A model generated the notes under the pieces. The model was given only the letters and a program-made list of their open reading frames with translations. It searched no databases and was not told where the DNA came from. A program made the translations under genes and the position numbers. From the NCBI GenBank assembly GCA_947345935.1, contig CAMZZN010000001.1, positions 47,049-111,048 on the forward strand: a stretch of DNA of 64,000 nt. The letters run 5' to 3'. This DNA comes from an uncultured Ruminococcus sp. GTDB lineage: Bacteria > Bacillota > Clostridia > Oscillospirales > Ruminococcaceae. Below are positions 1-8,833 of this stretch, in pieces; position 1 is the first letter of the stretch; each line of letters starts with the position of its first letter.

Positions 1-55
1 AAATGTGACCGGAGAAATCGAGAAATATGTCGCAGGAGTCTCCGGAAAGGAATGA
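1..55 (+). CDS. 3' end of the upstream gene (possibly PlsX; partial)
   Basis: Open frame from nt 2 (NVTGEIEKYVAGVSGKE*) stops at TGA 53-55 just before rnc. plsX-rnc order is common in Clostridia, but identity cannot be confirmed from 17 codons. Confidence 0.3.
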   Translation, partial: NVTGEIEKYVAGVSGKE

Positions 56-61
56 TAAAAA

Positions 62-751
62 TTGGATAATATCAGAGAATTTGAAGAAATAATAGGATAT
101 ACTTTTAAGAAAAAGCAGCTTATCCGGCAGGCGCTTTCTCATTCCTCATATTCAAACGAGAGAAAGCATCCCGACGGAAGCAACGAGCGTCTGGAATTCC
201 TTGGGGACAGTGTTCTTTCAATTGTAGTCTCGGATTTTTTGTACAAAAATCTCAATGTGGCAGAGGGACAGCTTACAAAAATAAGAGCTTCTCTTGTCTG
301 TGAAAAATCTCTTCATGTTTTTGCAAAAAAGATACGTCTCGGAGATTTTCTTCTTCTGGGTAAAGGCGAAGAAAACACCGGAGGACGGCAGAGACCTTCT
401 ATTCTTGCGGATGCGTTCGAGGCAGTTATTGCCGCAATATATCTTGACGGGGGAATGCAAGCAGCGGCAAAGCATATACTTCGTTTTATGCCGGAGGATA
501 TCATTCATGCGGCTCATCCTGTTTTCAGCGATTTCAAGACGGTTCTCCAGGAGGTCGTACAGAAAAATCCTGAAGAAAAAGTGGAATATGTTCTGATAGG
601 AGAGGAGGGCCCCGACCACAATAAGCGTTTTGTGGTTGAAGTATGCCTTAATTCCCAGGTGATCGGCAAGGGCAGCGGAAGAAGCAAAAAGGAAGCCGAG
701 CAGCTGGCTGCCAAAGAAGCTCTGGAGCTTATGGGATATGAAGCACAGTAA
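62..751 (+). CDS. rnc: Ribonuclease III
   Basis: Signature NERLEFLGDSVL, ADAFEAVIAAIYLD, and C-terminal dsRBD (GPDHNKRF...GSGRSKKEAEQ). TTG start. Confidence 0.98.
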   Translation: MDNIREFEEIIGYTFKKKQLIRQALSHSSYSNERKHPDGSNERLEFLGDSVLSIVVSDFLYKNLNVAEGQLTKIRASLVCEKSLHVFAKKIRLGDFLLLGKGEENTGGRQRPSILADAFEAVIAAIYLDGGMQAAAKHILRFMPEDIIHAAHPVFSDFKTVLQEVVQKNPEEKVEYVLIGEEGPDHNKRFVVEVCLNSQVIGKGSGRSKKEAEQLAAKEALELMGYEAQ

Positions 752-1736
752 CATTTCGATTTTTATTCCGCATATCGGATGTCCGCATATGTGCAGCTTC
801 TGCGACCAGCGGACTATAAGCGGATCTCAGCACGCTCCGTCCGGAGAAGAAGTCAGAGAGATATGTTCAAAAGCGCTGTGCGAGTCAAAATCGCCGGAGA
901 ACAGCGAAATAGCTTTTTTCGGCGGCAGCTTTACGGCTGTTCCACGTGATTATATGGCAGAGCTTCTTGAAGCAGCGAAACCTTTTGTCGGTTCTGGAAA
1001 GTTTCACGGTATACGGATATCTACCCGTCCCGACTGCATAGACCGTGAAATTCTGGATATTCTGAAAAGTTACGGCGTTACGTCGATAGAACTGGGAGCA
1101 CAGTCCATGATGAATCATGTTTTGGAAGCAAATGAGCGTGGACATACTGCCCATGATGTTGATCAAGCCTGCGTACTGATACGTGAATACGGTTTTGAGC
1201 TTGGATTACAGATGATGATGGGATTATACAAAAGCATGCCGGATGACGATCTTGAAACAGTGCGCAGAATATTGGATATTCATCCCGATACGGTGAGGAT
1301 ATATCCTGTTGTAATACTGAAAGGAACAAAACTTGCAGAACTTTACGAAGCAGGCATATATAAAACTTATTCTTTTGACGAAATGATCGAGACAGTTTCG
1401 GCTGCTCTTATGATGTTTGCAGACAGCGGTATCAGGGTAATAAAATGTGGACTTCATGCCAGCGAATTTGTTGAAAAGGATATGACAGGGGGATTTTATC
1501 ATCCGGCTTTCAGGGAACTTTGCGAAAGCCGGATATACAGGGGCAAAATGAGTGAGATCATCGCATATGAACAATCGGATACGAAGAAGCTTGTATTAGC
1601 CGTTTCTTCGTCGTGCATCAGCAAGGCGGCAGGACATAAAAAGTCAAATATAGAATATTTCAGACAGTACGGTATAGAAGTGGAAATTGTGGGAGATGAA
1701 AATATCGCTAAATACGAGGTTCAGCTGAGGAGGTGA
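738..1736 (+). CDS. Radical SAM protein (Elp3/YhcC-like family)
   Basis: CxxxCxxC motif (CPHMCSFC), FFGGSFT, ISTRPD, IELGAQS. Overlaps the rnc stop. Confidence 0.85.
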   Translation: MKHSNISIFIPHIGCPHMCSFCDQRTISGSQHAPSGEEVREICSKALCESKSPENSEIAFFGGSFTAVPRDYMAELLEAAKPFVGSGKFHGIRISTRPDCIDREILDILKSYGVTSIELGAQSMMNHVLEANERGHTAHDVDQACVLIREYGFELGLQMMMGLYKSMPDDDLETVRRILDIHPDTVRIYPVVILKGTKLAELYEAGIYKTYSFDEMIETVSAALMMFADSGIRVIKCGLHASEFVEKDMTGGFYHPAFRELCESRIYRGKMSEIIAYEQSDTKKLVLAVSSSCISKAAGHKKSNIEYFRQYGIEVEIVGDENIAKYEVQLRR

Positions 1737-1740
1737 GAGT

Positions 1741-4700
1741 GTGTATCTGAAATCATTGGAAATACAGGGCTTCAAGTCGTTCCCGGACAAAATAAGCCTG
1801 ACCTTTGATAAGGGGCTTACGGCAGTAGTAGGTCCTAACGGCAGCGGAAAAAGTAATATCGGCGATTCTGTTCGTTGGGTTCTTGGCGAGCAGTCAACAA
1901 AGACGCTCAGGGGCAATAAAATGGAGGACGTTATTTTTTCCGGTACCGTTGCAAGAAAGCCTATGGGATTTGCCGCTGTTACTCTTAATATAGATAATTC
2001 CGACAGCACTATTCCAGATATGGGCGAGGAGATCTCAGTCACAAGAAAGCTATACCGCAGCGGAGACAGCGAATATATGATAAATGGCAGGTCATGCCGT
2101 CTGAAAGATATAAACGAGCTTTTTATGGATACCGGTATGGGACGTGACGGTTATTCTATTATAGGTCAGGGACGCATTGCCGAGATCGTCGGTGCAAAAA
2201 GCAGCGAACGCCGTGATATATTTGAAGAGGCGGCAGGAATCTCAAAGTTCCGCTATAAAAAGCTTGAAGCAGAGCGCAGGCTTACTTCGGCACAGGAAAA
2301 TCTGCTGAGACTTACGGATATCCTTGCAGAACTTGAAGGACGTGTTGAACCGCTGCGTATCCAGTCGGAAAAGGCGGAACGGTTCATTAAGCTGGCTGCT
2401 CAGAAGAAAAAACTGGAAATTTCTGTCTGGGTAGATCGTCTGGAGGAACTGAAAAGCAAGCAGAGCGTCCTGGATGAAAAAATCCTTGTCAGCAGGAATG
2501 AATATGAAAACATCGGCAACGATATCCGCCGTGAGGAAGAAAAGATCAGCGCAGGTTATCAGCGTATGCAGGAAAGTACGGTGAAATCGGATGAACTACG
2601 CCGTAAAATGATAGAAGAAGAACAGGAAGCTTCTGAAATGAAATCAGGCATAGCGGTGTTTGAAAACGATATAAGGCACTGCGAGGAGGCTATTTCGGCG
2701 GCACAGAAGAATATCAGAAATTCCGAGAAAAACAAAAAGTCGCTGCTTGAAGGCAAAAAATCGGCGGAGAACAGAGCAGCAGATCTCAGATCACGCTGTC
2801 AGGAGCTTGAGAAGGAAATAGAAGTAACAGCAGAAACCCTGGAAAAAGCCGAATCGGAAAGCTCACAGCTTGGTGAAAATGTTGATAAGGCAGGCAGCGA
2901 GGTCAACAGTTTGTATATAAAGCAGAGCGAGTATCGATTTGCTGTTGAATCGGCAAAGAAAGCAATAACGGAAGAAAGATCACGTCTCATGGAGATACGT
3001 GAGGGCAGCGGCGATTTCGTCAGAAAGCTGGATGAATACCGTTTCCGTCTCGATGAAGCCGGAAGAGAAAAGGAAAAAAATTTCGCCGAGAATCAGGAGA
3101 TAAAAAATAAGCTCAGTGGTCTGGAAATGTTGTACAGATCACGCAGGGAGGACTTTGAACAAGAAAAAAACAAGTTTGAAAAAGTTCTGTATGAGCTGAA
3201 AGAGAGACAGCAGAGAAGAAAGATTCTGGCAGATCTGGAAAACAATATGGACGGTTTTGCAGGAAGCGTAAAACTTGTGCTGAGAGCCGGAAAACAAGGC
3301 AGGATCGGAGGAATTCTGGGTACAGTTGCGCAGAACATTAGTGTGAAACCGGAATATGCAGTGGCTGTGGAAACGGCTTTAGGCGGTGCGATGCAGAATA
3401 TCATTGTAGAAAATGAGGAAACTGCAAAGCGTTGCATCCGTTTTCTCAAAGAGCAGAAAGGCGGACGTGCCACTTTTCTTCCGATTACATCCGTAAGCGG
3501 ACGTGAGCTTGGCGAGCGTGGTCTTGAAGAATGCGAAGGCTTTATCAGCGCTGCCAGCCGCATAGTTGATTTTGATCCGAAATACGGCGGTATAGTTAAT
3601 TCGCTTCTTGGAAGGATCGCAGTGGCTGAGGATATAGATTCAGCGGCGGTCATTGCCAAAAGGTATGGATACCGTTTCAGGATAGTAACGCTTGATGGTC
3701 AGGTCATCAATGCCGGAGGATCGTTTACAGGAGGATCGGCACAGAAATCAGGCGGAATCATTACACGAAAGAATGAAATCGACACTCTTGATTCCGGGAT
3801 TGCAGAACTTACCGTTCAGCGTGACTCTCTCCGGGAAAAAGCGGAGAAAATCAGAGCTGAATCGGAGAAGCGCAGATATGATTTGGAGGCGGCAAAGGAG
3901 GAACTTTCACGCAATGAAAATGATGCGGTACGTATTGGCGCTGAAATTTCAAGTCTGAACTCTCTTATCGAGCAGATGAAAGCTCAGTCCGAGAATTCAG
4001 AAAAGCTTGAGGATGACGTACAGAATAAGATCGCAGATAGTGAAAAGAGCATAGCAGATTCGGAAAAAGCGCTTTTTGAAACAGAGGAACTCATACGTCT
4101 TGCAGAGGAAAAATTAGCGAAGGGTCAGGGCGTAAGGGAAGAACTTCGTCTCAGACGGGGCGAATTGTCAGAAAAGCTTTCACAGCTGAAAATGAAGGAA
4201 ATAGAATTATCCGGAAATATTAAGAATCAGGAACTTGAAGCCGGACGTTTCCAGGATAGCATTGAAGAACTTGAACGTGGAAATAAGGGCTTTGAAGATG
4301 AAATAAACCGACAGAATGATATTATAATCCACAAGCGAAGCGATATTGAAAAACTTAAGGAAAATCTGGCAGGATTAAAGGACAACACTGATTTATATCT
4401 TAAACAGATCAGGCGTTATCAGGATATGCACACCGAGCAGAATCGTCTTGTGAACGAAATGACAAAAGGACTTAAACAGTTCAATGAGGCGAAAGAAAAG
4501 CTGTCCGGAGAGATAACCAGGCTTGAAGAACGACGGGACGCCGTTTGCCGTGACAATGATTACATCATAAAGCAACTGCTTGAAGTCTATGAACTGACAC
4601 GATCCGAGGCTGTCGGGCTGGCGGAAAAAATTGAGGATGCCGCAAAGGCTCAGAGGGAACTGGCGGATATCAAAAATAAGATACGTGCTCTCGGAAACGT

Positions 4701-5313
4701 CAATGTCGAGGCTATAGAAGAGTATAAGGAAGTTTCAGAAAGATACAGGTTTATGTCGGAACAGATAGCTGACGTGCAGAAGTCAAAGTCAGAGCTTGAA
4801 AATATAATCAGCAGTCTTACGCAGGAAATGTGCCGTATTTTCTCCGAGAGCTTTGTGATAATAAATTCAAATTTCAAGGAGATCTTCAAAGAACTTTTCG
4901 GCGGCGGAAAGGCGGAGCTTATTCTTACCGAACCGGAAAACGTTCTTGAATCGGGAATCGAGATAAGCGTTGCGCCTCCGGGAAAGGTGATAAAAAACCT
5001 CATCTCTCTTTCGGGAGGAGAGCAGTCGTTTGTGGCTATTGCTATTTACTTTGCAATACTGAAACTCCGGCCTGCGCCGTTTTGTATTCTGGACGAGATT
5101 GATGCTGCTCTTGATGAAGTCAACGTAAGAAAGTACGCTCAGTATTTAAAAAAATTTACCGATACAACGCAGTTTGTCCTTGTAACCCACAGACGAAGCG
5201 CTATGGAAGAAGCAAACGTTCTCTACGGAGTGACTATGCAGGAGGACGGCATTTCAAAGCTGCTGAAAATGGAACAGGTGGATTTTCAGGAGGACGCAGT
5301 GTCTATTGAATAA
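1741..5313 (+). CDS. smc: Chromosome segregation protein SMC
   Basis: Walker A GPNGSGKSN, coiled coils, hinge (GRATFLP), signature LSGGE, Walker B ILDEIDAALD. Confidence 0.98.
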   Translation: MYLKSLEIQGFKSFPDKISLTFDKGLTAVVGPNGSGKSNIGDSVRWVLGEQSTKTLRGNKMEDVIFSGTVARKPMGFAAVTLNIDNSDSTIPDMGEEISVTRKLYRSGDSEYMINGRSCRLKDINELFMDTGMGRDGYSIIGQGRIAEIVGAKSSERRDIFEEAAGISKFRYKKLEAERRLTSAQENLLRLTDILAELEGRVEPLRIQSEKAERFIKLAAQKKKLEISVWVDRLEELKSKQSVLDEKILVSRNEYENIGNDIRREEEKISAGYQRMQESTVKSDELRRKMIEEEQEASEMKSGIAVFENDIRHCEEAISAAQKNIRNSEKNKKSLLEGKKSAENRAADLRSRCQELEKEIEVTAETLEKAESESSQLGENVDKAGSEVNSLYIKQSEYRFAVESAKKAITEERSRLMEIREGSGDFVRKLDEYRFRLDEAGREKEKNFAENQEIKNKLSGLEMLYRSRREDFEQEKNKFEKVLYELKERQQRRKILADLENNMDGFAGSVKLVLRAGKQGRIGGILGTVAQNISVKPEYAVAVETALGGAMQNIIVENEETAKRCIRFLKEQKGGRATFLPITSVSGRELGERGLEECEGFISAASRIVDFDPKYGGIVNSLLGRIAVAEDIDSAAVIAKRYGYRFRIVTLDGQVINAGGSFTGGSAQKSGGIITRKNEIDTLDSGIAELTVQRDSLREKAEKIRAESEKRRYDLEAAKEELSRNENDAVRIGAEISSLNSLIEQMKAQSENSEKLEDDVQNKIADSEKSIADSEKALFETEELIRLAEEKLAKGQGVREELRLRRGELSEKLSQLKMKEIELSGNIKNQELEAGRFQDSIEELERGNKGFEDEINRQNDIIIHKRSDIEKLKENLAGLKDNTDLYLKQIRRYQDMHTEQNRLVNEMTKGLKQFNEAKEKLSGEITRLEERRDAVCRDNDYIIKQLLEVYELTRSEAVGLAEKIEDAAKAQRELADIKNKIRALGNVNVEAIEEYKEVSERYRFMSEQIADVQKSKSELENIISSLTQEMCRIFSESFVIINSNFKEIFKELFGGGKAELILTEPENVLESGIEISVAPPGKVIKNLISLSGGEQSFVAIAIYFAILKLRPAPFCILDEIDAALDEVNVRKYAQYLKKFTDTTQFVLVTHRRSAMEEANVLYGVTMQEDGISKLLKMEQVDFQEDAVSIE

Positions 5314-5349
5314 TGAAAGACCGCAGAATGCGGCAGATTGGAAGTAATT

Positions 5350-6717
5350 ATGGGAATTATAGCTAAAATTGCAGCCGGTCTTAAAAAGACCAAAGACAGT
5401 TTTCTCGGCAGACTGAAAAGAATATTTAATTCTTTTACAAAAATTGACGAAGAGCTTTTTGAAGAACTTGAAGAAGCCATGATAATGAGCGATATCGGCG
5501 TTGAAACCTCAGTGGAGATCTGTGACCGTCTACGCAAAAAGATCAAAGAAAGAGGTATCACCGATCCGAACGAGATCATGGAACTTATCCAGGAAGTAAT
5601 CGGCGAGATAATGGGAGACGATACAGGTCTTGATCTTACCCAGTCTCCGGCAGTTATAATGGTAATTGGCGTAAACGGAGCCGGCAAGACGACCAGCATC
5701 GGAAAACTCTGCTATCAGTTCAAAAAGGAGAAAAAGAAAGTTCTTGTTGCCGCTGCCGATACGTTTCGTGCCGCTGCGATAGATCAGCTTGAAGTCTGGA
5801 CGGAGCGTGCCGGTGTTGATATCGTAAAGCACGCAGAGGGTTCGGATCCCGGAGCTGTTGTTTATGACGCTCTTGAAGCTGCCAAGGCAAGAAATTGTGA
5901 CGTTGTTATCATTGATACTGCCGGACGTCTCCATAACAAGAAAAATCTTATGGATGAACTTGCCAAGATCAACAGAATAATAGACAATAAGGCAGGGGAC
6001 TGTTCACGTGAGGTGCTCCTTGTTCTGGACGCAACGACTGGACAGAACGCTGTAAATCAGGCAAAATTGTTCAGCGAGACAGCTCCTATTACCGGAATCA
6101 TACTTACTAAACTGGACGGAACGGCAAAAGGCGGTATCGTTATTTCAATCAAGAATGAACTGGGAATACCAGTCAAACTTATCGGCGTAGGAGAGAAAAT
6201 CGACGATTTGCAGCCATTTGACAGCCATACTTTCGTACAGGCTCTGTTCAGCGATACTGAGCTTGACGATACTGAAGTTGACGGAGAGGATATGGAAGAG
6301 TCCGCTGACGACAGTGAGAACGGAGAATATACAGAGGAATCGGAGGATAACGAGATCAACGAAAACGATACGGAAGAATCAGATGAATCCGAGGAGATCG
6401 AAACAGAAGAGGTTTACGAGGAAGAATCAGCGGAGGCAGAGGAAACTTACGAAGAAGAGACCGATGGATATGAAACTGATGATATCGAGATTGGCGTAAC
6501 TGATGAGGAAGAGCCTGAGAAACCGGAAGATATTGAAACTGATTTGGATGAATCTGAAGAAAACAAAGAATCAGAGGAATTAGCTGAAACGGAAGAATCA
6601 GAAGAAAACGGAACAGAAGATCAGCCGGAGGAATCTGCGGTAGAAGAAAAGGATAAAAAGAAAAAGAAGGGATTCTTTAAGAGACTTTTTGGCAGAAAGG
6701 ATGACGATGATGAATAA
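5350..6717 (+). CDS. ftsY: SRP receptor FtsY with unusual C-terminal acidic extension
   Basis: GVNGAGKTT, DTFRAAA, DTAGR, TKLDGTAKGG. Likely ATG at 5350 (ORF track begins at 5338). About 150 acidic residues follow the G domain. Confidence 0.96.
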   Translation: MGIIAKIAAGLKKTKDSFLGRLKRIFNSFTKIDEELFEELEEAMIMSDIGVETSVEICDRLRKKIKERGITDPNEIMELIQEVIGEIMGDDTGLDLTQSPAVIMVIGVNGAGKTTSIGKLCYQFKKEKKKVLVAAADTFRAAAIDQLEVWTERAGVDIVKHAEGSDPGAVVYDALEAAKARNCDVVIIDTAGRLHNKKNLMDELAKINRIIDNKAGDCSREVLLVLDATTGQNAVNQAKLFSETAPITGIILTKLDGTAKGGIVISIKNELGIPVKLIGVGEKIDDLQPFDSHTFVQALFSDTELDDTEVDGEDMEESADDSENGEYTEESEDNEINENDTEESDESEEIETEEVYEEESAEAEETYEEETDGYETDDIEIGVTDEEEPEKPEDIETDLDESEENKESEELAETEESEENGTEDQPEESAVEEKDKKKKKGFFKRLFGRKDDDDE

Positions 6718-7309
6718 GATCATTATGGCTACAAATAATGCCGATAAACTGCGTGAAGTCCATGAAATACTTTCTCCGCTCGGGATAGATGTTATTTCGC
6801 AGGCAGAGGCAGGGATGAGCTGCGCCCCTGAGGAAAACGGCTTGTCGTTCTCTGAAAATTCGGAAATAAAGGCAAAGGCTGTATATGATGCGTATTGGGA
6901 GAAAAACCATGAGAACATTGCGGTGATCGCCGATGACAGCGGTCTGTGCGTTGACGCTCTTGACGGCAGACCGGGGATGCATTCTGCAAGATATGCTCCC
7001 AAAGGACAGGAATGTACCAAGCTTCTTGATGAGATGAATGGTGTTCCTGATGAACGGAGAACGGCACGTTTTATCTGCAATATCACTTATATAAACGTAT
7101 ATGGTATAGCGTTCCACTTCGAGGGCGTATGCGAGGGCAGCATTGCTTATCAGGAACTCGGTAAAAACGGTTTCGGATATGATCCGGTGTTTATGTACGG
7201 CGGCAGAACTCTGGCGGAAATGACGGCAGAGGAAAAAAACAATATCAGCCACAGGGCAAAGGCTCTTGGCAGTCTTTATAAATTCCTTAAAGAAAGACAA
7301 GGTGAATAA
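6710..7309 (+). CDS. rdgB: Non-canonical purine NTP pyrophosphatase (RdgB/HAM1)
   Basis: ATNNxxK, ADDSGL, GFGYDPVF, SHRAKA motifs. Start overlaps the ftsY stop. Confidence 0.95.
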   Translation: MNKIIMATNNADKLREVHEILSPLGIDVISQAEAGMSCAPEENGLSFSENSEIKAKAVYDAYWEKNHENIAVIADDSGLCVDALDGRPGMHSARYAPKGQECTKLLDEMNGVPDERRTARFICNITYINVYGIAFHFEGVCEGSIAYQELGKNGFGYDPVFMYGGRTLAEMTAEEKNNISHRAKALGSLYKFLKERQGE

Positions 7310-7310
7310 T

Positions 7311-7616
7311 ATGCTAACAAGCAAACAAAGAGCGTACCTTCGTGGTATCGCATCAACATATGAAACGATCTTCCAGATAGGAAAGGGCGGCGTGACCGAT
7401 GTAATGTGCAGAGATATCGGAGAAGCGCTTCGCAAAAGGGAACTTATAAAGCTGAAGGTCCTTGAAAATTCCGGCTGGACGGCAAGAGAAGCAGCCGACG
7501 CTGTGGCAGAGCAGACTGGAGCTGATGTTGTTCAGGTAATAGGATCTAAATTCGTGCTGTTTAAACGTAATCCGAAAGAACCTGTTATAGAGAACATTCC
7601 GAAGTCAAAGGCATGA
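7311..7616 (+). CDS. yhbY: YhbY/CRM-domain RNA-binding protein
   Basis: MLTSKQRAYLR, QIGKGG, RELIKLKVL, VQVIG. ATG at 7311. Confidence 0.92.
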   Translation: MLTSKQRAYLRGIASTYETIFQIGKGGVTDVMCRDIGEALRKRELIKLKVLENSGWTAREAADAVAEQTGADVVQVIGSKFVLFKRNPKEPVIENIPKSKA

Positions 7617-8833
7617 AAACAGGGATATACGGCGGAAGTTTCAATCCTGTCCATAACGGACACATTCATCTTGCACTGACAGCTGCTGAGGAATTCGGAC
7701 TGGACAGGGTGTTTCTCGTTCCATCAAAGAAGTCTCCGCACCGTTCAAGCGACGAGTACGCATCTGATGAGGACAGGCTGGAGATGCTCCGCCTTGCCTG
7801 CATGATAAGCGATAAGCTTGAAATATGTTCCTATGAGCTTGAAAAAGAGCGTATCAGCTATTCGGTTTATACAGTGAGGCACTTCCGTAAAATTTATCCT
7901 AATGACGAGCTTTTTCTTCTGGTTGGGAGCGATATGCTTCTTTCTTTTGACAGCTGGTTCTGTTATGAGGAAATACTTGAAAATGCCAGTCTTTGCGTAA
8001 TTTCAAGGAATAAGGGAGATTTTGAGGAACTCCGGAAAAAAAGAGGAGAGCTTGAAAAAAAGGGAAAGATATTTATAAGCAGCTGCCCTCCCGTCGAACT
8101 TTCTTCTACAGAAATCAGAAAAAAAATTGAAAAAAATGAGAAATTCTCTTGCTATCTTGATGAAAATGTAGTACAATATATTATTATGAAAGAACTATAT
8201 TCATTCAGAGGTGAAAAGAAATTGCATTACGATACCGGAGAAAAGAAAAAGTATCTTAAAGAGAATCTTTCGGCAAAAAGATATAATCATTCGCTGAACG
8301 TGGCGGCTGAGTGCAGAAAGCTTGCTCTGAAATATGGTGAAGATCCGGATAAGGCTTATTTTGCCGGACTTCTTCACGATATATGCAAAGAACTGCCCTA
8401 CGGTGAACAGAAAGCTCTTGTTGAGAATTGCAGCTTTACGGTTTGCCGTGAAGAACTTGAAACAAGATCGCTGTGGCACGCAGTTGCAGGAGCAAGCTTT
8501 ATAAAGACCGAATTCGGGGTTGAAGATATAGATATACTCAATTCCGTAAGGTTTCATACCGTAGGCAGAGCGGGAATGTCACGCCTGGAGGAGATCGTTT
8601 ATCTTGGCGATCTTATTTCCGCTGACAGAGATTATAAGGATGTCGAAAAAATGCGTAAGCTGTCATATACAAGTCTTAATGAGGCTATGTTGGAAGCATT
8701 TGCTTTTTCCGTCAAATCTGTTATCAAAAAGGGAGGACTTGTTCCGATCTGTACCGCAGAAGGCTATAATTTTTACACAAGGCTGTATAAAGAAAATAAA
8801 AGCAGCAGCAATCTGAAAAGAGGACTCAAATGA
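7613..8833 (+). CDS. nadD: Fused nicotinate-nucleotide adenylyltransferase (NadD) and YqeK HD-domain Ap4A hydrolase
   Basis: N-half GGSFNPVHNGH ... SSTEIR; C-half RYNHSLNV, LLHDICKE, HAVAGA, FHTVG, YLGD in a single frame. Confidence 0.93.
   Translation: MKTGIYGGSFNPVHNGHIHLALTAAEEFGLDRVFLVPSKKSPHRSSDEYASDEDRLEMLRLACMISDKLEICSYELEKERISYSVYTVRHFRKIYPNDELFLLVGSDMLLSFDSWFCYEEILENASLCVISRNKGDFEELRKKRGELEKKGKIFISSCPPVELSSTEIRKKIEKNEKFSCYLDENVVQYIIMKELYSFRGEKKLHYDTGEKKKYLKENLSAKRYNHSLNVAAECRKLALKYGEDPDKAYFAGLLHDICKELPYGEQKALVENCSFTVCREELETRSLWHAVAGASFIKTEFGVEDIDILNSVRFHTVGRAGMSRLEEIVYLGDLISADRDYKDVEKMRKLSYTSLNEAMLEAFAFSVKSVIKKGGLVPICTAEGYNFYTRLYKENKSSSNLKRGLK

Noticed and set aside
6250-6660. Purine-rich quasi-repeats in the ftsY tail as a tandem repeat or CRISPR-like array
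   Set aside because: Explained by Glu/Asp codons; no constant repeat-spacer period.
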